DNA of 64,000 bases, from the IMG/VR virus record IMGVR_UViG_3300032236_001129, positions 1 through 64,000 of that record; one strand, 5' to 3'. A program made the translations under genes and the position numbers. The notes beneath the pieces were generated by a model, which saw nothing but the letters and a program-made list of their open reading frames with translations, was not told the origin of the DNA and ran no database searches. Positions 1 through 8,184 of this stretch are shown here, piece by piece (positions within the stretch are counted from its first letter, which is position 1; every line of letters starts with the position of its first letter). This stretch comes from a virus.

Positions 1-127
1 GCATTGATTGGAATAGGATTTCCTTAGACCAGATGGTCTGGATTGCTTGTGTAAGCTGGCTGTTAGCGCCAGAATACGCTGTAGGTGATGCGGCGAGATT
101 GCCGGTACCTGTTACGGCTGATGCCAT
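1..127 (-). CDS. Major capsid protein, N4-gp56 family-like (5' end only; runs off the window)
   Basis: Manual translation MASAVTGTGNLAASPTAYSGANSQLTQAIQTIWSKEILFQSM...; AAGGAG RBS upstream; follows scaffold and portal; the IQTIWSKEILFQ segment resembles N4-gp56-type capsids. Confidence 0.8.
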   Translation of the reverse strand, partial: MASAVTGTGNLAASPTAYSGANSQLTQAIQTIWSKEILFQSM

Positions 128-174
128 GTCGGTATTACTCCTTGTTCATATATGGGTTAGGGGGTGTAAAACTA

Positions 175-936
175 TTAACCAAAGATTCCTCGGTCAGTTT
201 GTCCTACTCCTGGGAGTAGCTTACTTCTGACTTTTGCGTATTCAGTAACCGACATAGCAGAAAGTTGTTCTGCCGTAAACTGTTGTTGGTCCGAATTGTT
301 TTCCATGGTTGGTGGCAAAGTAGGCTTTGTTCCTACCATCTCACGACGGGTGGATTGAAGCGCTTGCTGTGCCGAATCTAGAATCTTAGAAGAACGATCT
401 CTAAGATTGGTAATGCTTTGTTCAATCTCATCGGGGTTATTTCCTGAGATTAGATCTACAAGCTCAGGGATAATATTATCCCGCTCTTCTTCTAAACGAC
501 GATTACGATAGTTAGTAAGCTCTGCATACTGGCGTTCACGCTCTAGTAGTGCATCCTTACGAGCAGTTTCTTGACGAAGAGAATCGAGCTGTGAAGCCCA
601 CTCCTTTTCCTTAAGCTCAAGAAGTTGACGAACATCAAGTTCAGCTTCTTCTTTACGCTTTGCTTCTGCTTCTGCTTCAGCCTTTGCAGCTTCAGCTGCT
701 GCTATGCGCTCTTCACGTTCTTTCTTAAGAATGTTAAGTTCTTCCTTAAGAGAATCGATTTGAGGATAGAGCTTTGATTTTTCTTGCTCTCGTACTCGCT
801 TTAGATCGTCTTCAGTGTATCCCTTTTGTTCTGAGAACTGTGGGGCCACTGCTTGAGTTGATTGAGAGCTTGGGACCTCAGAAGCGAAAGCTTCCTGAGC
901 CACTGCATTCTCAACAACAGGTGAATCTGTTGACAT
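175..936 (-). CDS. Capsid scaffolding protein
   Basis: 253 aa acidic coiled coil between portal and capsid genes; C-terminal MSVTEYAKVR typical of scaffold tails. Confidence 0.75.
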   Translation of the reverse strand: MSTDSPVVENAVAQEAFASEVPSSQSTQAVAPQFSEQKGYTEDDLKRVREQEKSKLYPQIDSLKEELNILKKEREERIAAAEAAKAEAEAEAKRKEEAELDVRQLLELKEKEWASQLDSLRQETARKDALLERERQYAELTNYRNRRLEEERDNIIPELVDLISGNNPDEIEQSITNLRDRSSKILDSAQQALQSTRREMVGTKPTLPPTMENNSDQQQFTAEQLSAMSVTEYAKVRSKLLPGVGQTDRGIFG

Positions 937-1046
937 AGTTATTCCTTTAGGTTAATAGGTCGTTGTCCGATTTAGTGCCACGATGACCTGCGGGTTTGTT
1001 TGGTATAAAGTCTGTCAAATACTTAGAGTATTTTCAGCCTTAATTC

Positions 1047-2771
1047 TTAATTAGTTTGCCCCTTGAAATCATCCTCTGCTCCACCGTCTTTGTCGGCTGC
1101 ACGCCACTGTGGAAGCTTAGTTCCATAGGCCTCAGTTACGATTTCTGACTGCATCTGAGCTAGAGTCTGCTCTTCAAACGGCGTGACCACTCCAGGTTGT
1201 CCCATAGGGCCAGGTCCTGTTCCATCACCAGGTTCTGCTCCTGGAGGCATGGTGCCATCTGGCATCATTCCAGTAAGAGAGGTGATAGCGGAGTTGATCT
1301 GTTGCTTAATAAGGTTGACGGCTCCGTCAGCCTTAGCATCCTGGATGAGCTCTGCACGAATTTCTTCGAGCTTCTCTGCTGGGAACTCTTCGCCAAGCTG
1401 ACGTAGAGCACCTTCACGGCTTTCCAAGTTCATATTCATCTTCTGCTGGATTTCGTTGAGGACGATGAGTTTGTCTAGTGGAAGAGGTTGTGGGAAGTGA
1501 ACGATAGTCTCGTAAGTGATTGGATCGTTCAAATCTAGTTGTGTGAGCTGGTTTGGCTTGATTGGGCCATTGAACATTGGGTTGTACGTAAACATCTCTG
1601 GCTCTTTAAATGCCAAAGTACGTAGAACTAGCTCGTTGACTCGGCGTAAGCCCTCTCCATATTGTACAAGCTTTTGCTGGTAGCGATTCATCAAAGGCTG
1701 GTATTGAATGGAGAGCGCAACACCTGAGGTATTAGAAATAGGTTGTACTTGTCCAAGAGCTGACTCTGGGACACCGATCATTTCGTGCATAGCAGTCTTG
1801 ATCATCTTTAGGTACTCAAGAGCACCGGTAAGGCCTTGTCCACCGCCTTCTAGGTTAAAAACCTGTGCATCCTTAGGAAGACCGCCCCAAACCTTCTTAG
1901 GGCCCTTCTCAAGTGCTGAAGCCTTAGCACCGGTGATAACGGTAACTGGGGCTGCGTGGTAGTTAACGATATCTGCAATGTCAGTTGCTGTTTCGTTATA
2001 GGCACGGTTAAGAGTAATAACGTCGTGGCAATCAGATAGTCCCCATGGGGATCCTGAAACACGTACGTTAGGAATATGGATGACTGGAACAATGCCGATA
2101 GGGTTTGGACGGCTATCGATCATTTCATCGTTGATATATTCTTCGATGCGATCATCAGTCAAAATTTCAGTATATGTGTAGACCTGGCGTGTACCTTCTA
2201 CAGAAGTACCCCAAAAACGATACTTGAGCTTGAAACGAATCAAGCGTGAGCGATCGTGTGGGTGGAACTCAGGAAAACAGAAAGAAGCATTGAGTGGAAG
2301 GATACGTACCTTACCAGGATGCTTGCCACCTACAGAATCTTCGTAAGCTTCTTCGTAAGCTACCTTAACGAAGCAGTCTCCGGATACGCCGCCTTGCTGG
2401 CCCATCTCCCAAAGAACACCGTGCTTATCGTTATCAATTTCCCACACACGCTTTAGGATGTCAGGAATGATTGCCTCTGTGGCTACTGGACTGCGGAAAG
2501 ATACTGCACGTCCAAATGTAAAGTTAATAATAAAATCTGTAAAGGCACGATAGTAGTTATATACCATCTGCGATTCGCCTACTTCACGGCGGTAAGACCA
2601 GTGGTGTCCAAGATACATTGCCCAGTTTAGTGAGTAACGGTTTAGACGTGGTCCATGGACTTCGAACTCTTCATCTGCAAGTTCTACAAGTCCCAGTGGG
2701 GAAATGGAGATTGTTAAATCACTCGACGCCGCTCTATACGACGGAGGACTAAAATCAATACCACCACTCAT
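1047..2771 (-). CDS. Portal protein (SPP1 gp6-like)
   Basis: 574 aa; PVIHIPN...GLSD and SGVAL motifs; lies between terminase and scaffold. Confidence 0.9.
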   Translation of the reverse strand: MSGGIDFSPPSYRAASSDLTISISPLGLVELADEEFEVHGPRLNRYSLNWAMYLGHHWSYRREVGESQMVYNYYRAFTDFIINFTFGRAVSFRSPVATEAIIPDILKRVWEIDNDKHGVLWEMGQQGGVSGDCFVKVAYEEAYEDSVGGKHPGKVRILPLNASFCFPEFHPHDRSRLIRFKLKYRFWGTSVEGTRQVYTYTEILTDDRIEEYINDEMIDSRPNPIGIVPVIHIPNVRVSGSPWGLSDCHDVITLNRAYNETATDIADIVNYHAAPVTVITGAKASALEKGPKKVWGGLPKDAQVFNLEGGGQGLTGALEYLKMIKTAMHEMIGVPESALGQVQPISNTSGVALSIQYQPLMNRYQQKLVQYGEGLRRVNELVLRTLAFKEPEMFTYNPMFNGPIKPNQLTQLDLNDPITYETIVHFPQPLPLDKLIVLNEIQQKMNMNLESREGALRQLGEEFPAEKLEEIRAELIQDAKADGAVNLIKQQINSAITSLTGMMPDGTMPPGAEPGDGTGPGPMGQPGVVTPFEEQTLAQMQSEIVTEAYGTKLPQWRAADKDGGAEDDFKGQTN

Positions 2772-2797
2772 CGATTAAATCCTATCATTGTTTGCCC

Positions 2798-3064
2798 TCA
2801 AACTACGAAGTTTCTCTTTTTCATATCACGCTTCTTGCGTGCTATCTTTTGTTTTGCTTTATCTTGTGCTACAGCTTTCCAGTCAATCTTACTTGGATCA
2901 GCGTCTTGCAAAGTTCTTGGTTCCGCCTCACCAGTTTGAGCCCACTGTCTGCTAATCATCTTGTTAGCTTGTGGAGTTGTTCCCGCACCTCTGCGCTTTG
3001 GGTACCGAGCCTTAGCTTGGTTCTCAATCGCCTCATATGATTTGAGGTACTTACGAACTGACAT
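2798..3064 (-). CDS. Small basic hypothetical protein
   Basis: 88 aa K/R-rich ORF with GGGGAG RBS, in the head operon. Confidence 0.6.
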   Translation of the reverse strand: MSVRKYLKSYEAIENQAKARYPKRRGAGTTPQANKMISRQWAQTGEAEPRTLQDADPSKIDWKAVAQDKAKQKIARKKRDMKKRNFVV

Positions 3065-3122
3065 TTTTCTCCCCTATGTTATCCCCGGCCTTGCGACCGG
3101 GGACGACATTAGTATACAGTAA

Positions 3123-3530
3123 TTAGTCGTTGACTGAAGCAGGGTTCATGCGCTCATAGCGTGAGCCATTGCGGAACACTTCTTCAATAACAACCTGTGA
3201 GTGATCTCCGAAGTTACCCTGTGCGAACTCGCCAAGGTATGTTGGAGCTTCGACCCATGCGGCAGAACCGACGTGAGCACGCTCCTTCATTGTCTCTTCT
3301 GGATACTTCTCGAAAACGTTCATGTTGTGGTTAGGACGTCCGTCTGGAGTGTCATAACCTTGATCCAAACCAAGTTGGAAATCGTTTGGAACGTCTGTAT
3401 CTGTTGCAACGCCTTCTTCGAAACGAAGTGGTCCACGAAGACCAGGTGTTGCTGGGCTGAACTTGCGTTCATAAGTTGTGCCTACACGCTCAGGGAATTG
3501 AGGAGTAGGTGCAATATTTTCCATTGCCAT
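3123..3530 (-). CDS. Hypothetical protein, probable virion component
   Basis: 135 aa, AGGAG RBS, between terminase and portal. Confidence 0.65.
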   Translation of the reverse strand: MAMENIAPTPQFPERVGTTYERKFSPATPGLRGPLRFEEGVATDTDVPNDFQLGLDQGYDTPDGRPNHNMNVFEKYPEETMKERAHVGSAAWVEAPTYLGEFAQGNFGDHSQVVIEEVFRNGSRYERMNPASVND

Positions 3531-3615
3531 TGTTTATTCTCCTATAGGGTTGGGATTGAGGTCCTCAGGCTTAATTCTGGCACACTGAGGGGATTTGTCA
3601 TAGTAAATACGATAA

Positions 3616-5208
3616 TTAAAAGAAAGGATTAGAACTTACCTCAACGGTAGGCATAACCATTTCTTGGGTGAGAGAACAAGCCAAGGCTAAAGAATCTACG
3701 AAGTCATCGTGTGCGTGTGCCTCATCTGGCGCTGCTACGAGGAAATTAGGGCCTTTATACTGGACTTCCGCATCAATCATCTGCTGGTAGAACTTCTTCC
3801 AGATACGAAGTCGTCTGGTTTTAGCATGGGCTGGCCATGAAACCATTTGACGTTGTACTAGGGCTTGAAGGTGCTTCCACCGCTTAGACTGCTCTGTTGG
3901 ACTAGATGTTACCGGGATTACCTCAGCACGTGGCATAAGGATCTTAAGACGCCCAGCCACCGCATCACCAACACCGTTGGCATCTACTCCGATAGCTAGA
4001 ACGTCATAATTAGATAAGAACTGTTGGATTTGGAAGTATTGCTCTTCCCAGTCATCTCCCTGAAGTTCAAGCCAATTCAAAACTCTATGGTCATAGTAAC
4101 CGTACTCATCAGGACGATCCCAGTCTACCCACACTACTGTGACAACTGTTGAGTCCATCTTACGAGCTGGGTCAACGCCAACTACTACAGGAGATCTAAA
4201 GTGACTCTTTACAATCTCTTGTGAGGTATCACCAAGCTCATCCATGATGGAAGAGGTGATGAACATACCACGCTCAAGCAACCACTTGCAGTTATAGGAG
4301 AGCTGGAACTCATCTGAGTCCTCGCCAATACGTAGCATCTCTTTCTTAATGAACTTGCCGTAGTTTTCGTTGTACTTAACCACATCACGCCAGTCCCACT
4401 GGAAGTGGTTCTGCTTTGCACGTGATCCGGTTTGACGGCGCTTGTTAAGTTGGATAGCTCGATAAAAGTTATTCTTGTGAGTTGTAGGGGTTCCGGTCTT
4501 AACGATAGTAGCGTTGTAGTACGCACCCATCGGTGCAATAGACTTGGAGACCACAAAGTCATCTGCTTCTTGACACTCATCAATGATGATTAAGTGGAAG
4601 GACTTAGATTCGATCTTAGCTCGTGGGTTAGCTGTCATCATCATAAGCGTAGAGCCAGACTTCTTAAGCTTAATGTTCTTAGTTACACCAGGGGTCTTGG
4701 TAGGGATATCATCGATATCTGGATCTCCAAAGATCTCCATAGCACGCTCGCTGGTAAGGCGTGAAACTGTACGTCCATATAGAGTTTCTACCTGGTTCTG
4801 AACTGGTGCGAACATACCCACCCAGATTCCATCACCAAACTTACCCAGAAGCTCTGGATACATAATAGCTAGGCGGGGAAGGATTACCATCAGGGTAGAG
4901 ACGGTATTAGCAATAGTTTCTGACTTACCTGACTGACGTGAAGCTAAAGCTGTTACTTCTTCACCGTCGTTAATAATAACCGACTCAATAATGCGTCGGG
5001 CTAGAGGTGCTTGATAAGGGTGGAGTTCATGGCCTACAAGGAGCTCCATAAACTGCATGATCTTATCTACAAGAACTTTAACGAACTCTTTAGAGAGCTC
5101 ATCCATTTCCTCTTCATCATCCGCAGGATCTATCTCCTGGGGTTCTAAATCCAGTTCAAGGTCATCAAGGTCAACTTCATCAAAGATTTCGTCCTCAATG
5201 TCACTCAT
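3616..5208 (-). CDS. terL: Terminase large subunit
   Basis: Walker A ASRQSGKS, Walker B IIIDECQ, coupling motif TGTP, RuvC-like GVDPA and HDDFVDS. Confidence 0.95.
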   Translation of the reverse strand: MSDIEDEIFDEVDLDDLELDLEPQEIDPADDEEEMDELSKEFVKVLVDKIMQFMELLVGHELHPYQAPLARRIIESVIINDGEEVTALASRQSGKSETIANTVSTLMVILPRLAIMYPELLGKFGDGIWVGMFAPVQNQVETLYGRTVSRLTSERAMEIFGDPDIDDIPTKTPGVTKNIKLKKSGSTLMMMTANPRAKIESKSFHLIIIDECQEADDFVVSKSIAPMGAYYNATIVKTGTPTTHKNNFYRAIQLNKRRQTGSRAKQNHFQWDWRDVVKYNENYGKFIKKEMLRIGEDSDEFQLSYNCKWLLERGMFITSSIMDELGDTSQEIVKSHFRSPVVVGVDPARKMDSTVVTVVWVDWDRPDEYGYYDHRVLNWLELQGDDWEEQYFQIQQFLSNYDVLAIGVDANGVGDAVAGRLKILMPRAEVIPVTSSPTEQSKRWKHLQALVQRQMVSWPAHAKTRRLRIWKKFYQQMIDAEVQYKGPNFLVAAPDEAHAHDDFVDSLALACSLTQEMVMPTVEVSSNPFF

Positions 5209-5438
5209 TTTATCGCCCTTTCATTAAGAGCATCTAATATTGCATGGAGTGCTTCCGCACCTACTCTTGCCTCTTCTAGAGAATAAGGGTTTTGACTTTT
5301 CTGCCAAGCTGATAGGTTGCGGCCGACAGAGAACATAATCTGGTCAGTCCAAGTAAGTAGCTCAGCGGTAGGAAGCATGCTGACACGCTTTTGTACCTTT
5401 GTTAATTCTTTTTTTAATTTACTCTTCTTCTTGAACAT
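5205..5438 (-). CDS. Hypothetical protein
   Basis: Overlaps the terL start (ATGA coupling); likely start MFKKKSK. Confidence 0.6.
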   Translation of the reverse strand: MFKKKSKLKKELTKVQKRVSMLPTAELLTWTDQIMFSVGRNLSAWQKSQNPYSLEEARVGAEALHAILDALNERAIK

Positions 5439-5718
5439 TCTCTGCCCCAAATCGTATTCTGTCCCAATCAACTTCGTCTTGCTTCATAGCACGTCCGATA
5501 ACAGCTCGTGTTAAAGCTGAACTCTCATCATAGGCCTTAGTCCATTTACCAATGACTAAAGCATACCGTGTAAATGGTAGACGAATAGCCCAGCCGTGTC
5601 CACCACGGTATAGGCCGTCAATCTCTTGTGTTTCTGCTTTCTCTGCGATGCTTGGTGGTTTTACCGGGTACACCATGGTGTGCCAGTAATAGTTACCAAC
5701 GTCATGCGTCTTCGCCAT
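5419..5718 (-). CDS. Hypothetical protein
   Basis: Likely start MAKTHDVG; overlaps neighbours in an operon. Confidence 0.6.
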   Translation of the reverse strand: MAKTHDVGNYYWHTMVYPVKPPSIAEKAETQEIDGLYRGGHGWAIRLPFTRYALVIGKWTKAYDESSALTRAVIGRAMKQDEVDWDRIRFGAENVQEEE

Positions 5719-5974
5719 CTTCGATGCCCTCACATATATGGTCTGGAATTTTGTGCTCATACACAAGTTGCTCGCAAAAGCGGCACTTGAAGATTTTTGG
5801 TTCTGTGAAATCATTTTGTGCAGTCGCCCCTTGTGGAATATCATCATCAAACGGTACGTAGTCCGTAATTACTTCTGTAGCTTGATAAATCTCTGGTGGG
5901 AACGGTCCCTTAGGATTGTGTGCTGTCTTCGGATACGGATGTCCCTGTTTCGTCTGTATTCGCTGTATTCTCAT
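5702..5974 (-). CDS. Hypothetical protein with C-terminal Zn-finger (CxxC..HxC)
   Basis: Likely start MRIQRIQ; FKCRFC...HICE. Confidence 0.55.
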   Translation of the reverse strand: MRIQRIQTKQGHPYPKTAHNPKGPFPPEIYQATEVITDYVPFDDDIPQGATAQNDFTEPKIFKCRFCEQLVYEHKIPDHICEGIEDGEDA

Positions 5975-6227
5975 TTTGTACCTTTGCTTTCTTTGCCTTA
6001 GGCTTAGGAGCAGGTTTTGTCTCTTCAACAACAGGTTCAACTGGTGCTGGAGCTTCAACTACTACTGGTGCGACGATTGGTTGAGCTGTGATGTTCTTCA
6101 CATGTGCTGGAAGCTTCTTTTTATTGATATGCCATGGGAGATGCTTATCACAGTAATTCTGACTATCAGCCCCTGTGTGATCAATAGCATAGTCTGCATA
6201 TGCATTGCAATTTGCGCATTTTGCCAT
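5910..6227 (-). CDS. Hypothetical protein, N-terminal Zn-binding, Pro/Lys-rich tail
   Basis: CANC...CDKH; AAAGGA RBS. Confidence 0.6.
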   Translation of the reverse strand: MAKCANCNAYADYAIDHTGADSQNYCDKHLPWHINKKKLPAHVKNITAQPIVAPVVVEAPAPVEPVVEETKPAPKPKAKKAKVQNENTANTDETGTSVSEDSTQS

Positions 6228-6286
6228 ATTTGGTCCTTTCAGGACGATTTTGTACAGGTATATAGTATCTCATACTTATTTGGGTG

Positions 6287-6316
6287 TTGCGCTAACCCTG
6301 TATTTACTGGTACAGT
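6287..6316 (+). promoter_or_regulatory. Putative SigA-type promoter of the transglycosylase gene
   Basis: TTGCGC-N18-TACAGT with extended -10 TG, in a divergent intergenic region. Confidence 0.45.
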
Positions 6317-6361
6317 ATTTCATAGAGGGGTCATAGCCTCTAACACTAACAACGAAACAAA

Positions 6362-6453
6362 AGAGTTGCAACTAGCCTGGCAGACAGACGCCGGGCTATT
6401 TCTATCCAGGTGACAGGTGGATAGGGATTCGGGTTGGCTCTCTAGCCTAGGAG
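6362..6453 (+). ncRNA. Structured 5' leader (candidate cis-regulatory RNA)
   Basis: Hairpins 6373-6398 and 6402-6424, both with GACAG-containing loops; possible closing stem next to the RBS. Confidence 0.45.
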
Positions 6454-6458
6454 ATAGT

Positions 6459-6986
6459 GTGAATATTAATGGAAAAAGAAAACTAGCGGTAATTGCATTA
6501 GCAATAATGCTCACAGTAACCAATACGGTCACTGCAACAGCTCACGCTGTTAAAGCAAAGGTGGTCCCCATGTGCGTAGACCCCGTCTTAAAATACTCCG
6601 GAATGAAGCACCTAAGCAAAACACAGGTATATGATCTCCTACGCCTAACCGGCTTTAGAGGTCATCAGCTAAACCTTGCTTGGGCAGTAGCTATGAAAGA
6701 AACCCACGGAAATCCTCTATCCCACAACTACAATCCTCGTACTGGGGACAATTCTTATGGGATATTCCAGATCAACTTATATGGGGCTCTAAAAAGCCGT
6801 ATAAGCCAATATGGGCTTGTTTCACCTGCTGACCTATATGATCCCGTTACCAATGCCCGTATAGCCTTTGATATGAGCTCACAAGGCTTAAATTGGGGGT
6901 CTTGGGGAGTAGGGAGACACTCATATAACGGAGGCGTCTCAACCGGTGTTGTAAAGTACTGGCTTAAAGCGGTACCCTCGGTTTAA
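6459..6986 (+). CDS. Secreted lytic transglycosylase (SLT/lysozyme-like)
   Basis: GTG start after AGGAG; signal peptide ending ATAHA; AVAMKET catalytic Glu, SYGIFQIN, W..W motifs. Confidence 0.85.
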   Translation: MNINGKRKLAVIALAIMLTVTNTVTATAHAVKAKVVPMCVDPVLKYSGMKHLSKTQVYDLLRLTGFRGHQLNLAWAVAMKETHGNPLSHNYNPRTGDNSYGIFQINLYGALKSRISQYGLVSPADLYDPVTNARIAFDMSSQGLNWGSWGVGRHSYNGGVSTGVVKYWLKAVPSV

Positions 6987-7000
6987 ACTTTACAAATAGG

Positions 7001-7028
7001 AAAGGCCCCGTAACTGGGGCCTTTTTTA
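7001..7028. terminator. Bidirectional intrinsic terminator
   Basis: AAAGGCCCC-GTAACT-GGGGCCTTTTTT between convergent genes. Confidence 0.8.
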
Positions 7029-7238
7029 TTACTCTAAAGTACCTTCTTTAAAGTGGTCTCCACGAGTTTTTTCCATATCATAGATTATCGCATCGTTACA
7101 GACCCGGCATTTATTGCCATGTCCAAAGTTTGTTGGTTTGTAGCCGCCATATTCATCCATGCTCTTTCCAGACATAACATAGCGGTCGTACTGAGAGATC
7201 ATATCTTGACGATGATCTTCCTTTTGTTCTGGCGTCAT
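7029..7238 (-). CDS. Hypothetical protein
   Basis: 69 aa, coupled to the upstream gene; H..CxxC..H. Confidence 0.5.
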   Translation of the reverse strand: MTPEQKEDHRQDMISQYDRYVMSGKSMDEYGGYKPTNFGHGNKCRVCNDAIIYDMEKTRGDHFKEGTLE

Positions 7239-7528
7239 TTTTTATGCGCTCTACGCTTATTTTCCTTGGCGGTATTCTTGCCATGCTTTAGAGGACGCAA
7301 ATTCTTATCAGAGTCATTATCGTGGTTGTTATCCTTGTGGTCCACGTCTGTACCCTTAGGTAGCTTGCCATGCTTTTTCTCATACTTAGCCTTGGCAGCG
7401 TTCTTAGAGGTAGTGTGCCACTTACCGCTAGAATCCTTGTAGTGCTCAACAATGATCTTACGACCACCGTTAGCCTTAGATCCTTTGTACTCTTTACCGC
7501 CAGCTACTTCTTTTTTCTTAGTAGTCAT
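7235..7528 (-). CDS. Small basic HNH-like protein
   Basis: LPKGTDVDHKDNNHDNDSDKNLRPL resembles an HNH (beta-beta-alpha-Me) motif. Confidence 0.6.
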   Translation of the reverse strand: MTTKKKEVAGGKEYKGSKANGGRKIIVEHYKDSSGKWHTTSKNAAKAKYEKKHGKLPKGTDVDHKDNNHDNDSDKNLRPLKHGKNTAKENKRRAHKK

Positions 7529-7802
7529 TATCGCTCTCCATATGGGTCACATACACAATTACAGATATGCGAGACACACACGGTGTCTAGCATCTCATGA
7601 TTACATTTCTTACAATATCTTGTTTCAGCCATATACTTCTCCAAAACATTTAGGACATGGACGAATATCGTTCACATATCCAAACTTATATCCAGAAATA
7701 CCCACGCCATGTTGAGCCTTACCAGAGTGAACAATCCGGGTAGTTGGAATATCCTCTTTGGTAGGCGTCTGGTGTGCAGAACCAATGGAGAACTCAAAAT
7801 TG

Positions 7803-8006
7803 TTATCCATAGATATCCTTACGTGACATTTGTGGGTCTTGGGATGAATCATAGCACTTATGGCTGTCAGATTCTTTTTTTCCAGCTCTCTTAGCACTGG
7901 CACCGCCAAGTTTTACAACATGATGCTGGCAGGTTTGGCAAGTCCAAGAATGGTGGGTAAGACCATTAAACTTACCGTTTTCGCTGTACTTAATCTCTCT
8001 AGCCAT
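7803..8006 (-). CDS. Hypothetical Zn-binding protein
   Basis: WTCQTC...HKC; coupled to the upstream ORF. Confidence 0.45.
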   Translation of the reverse strand: MAREIKYSENGKFNGLTHHSWTCQTCQHHVVKLGGASAKRAGKKESDSHKCYDSSQDPQMSRKDIYG

Positions 8007-8134
8007 TAGTTATTAGACCCCGATGACTTTCCGGCACGACCAACAGGCTTCATTGCATCTGGATCTGACTGATAGGGAATGCCTGTCAGATAGGTTGCAG
8101 CCTCACGTGCGTTAATACGCAAGTTCTTTGGCAT
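8006..8134 (-). CDS. Small hypothetical protein (42 aa, not in ORF track)
   Basis: MPKNLRINAREAATYLTGIPYQ...; AAAGGA RBS; TAATG coupling. Confidence 0.5.
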   Translation of the reverse strand: MPKNLRINAREAATYLTGIPYQSDPDAMKPVGRAGKSSGSNN

Positions 8135-8184
8135 CTTATTTCCTTTAGGATAATAAGACTTAAAGATCTCGGTTAGAGCCATTT

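Noticed and set aside
6362-6453. c-di-AMP (ydaO) riboswitch
   Set aside because: Conserved GCUGAA and AGGAACGGGG-type segments are not present; kept only as an unclassified leader
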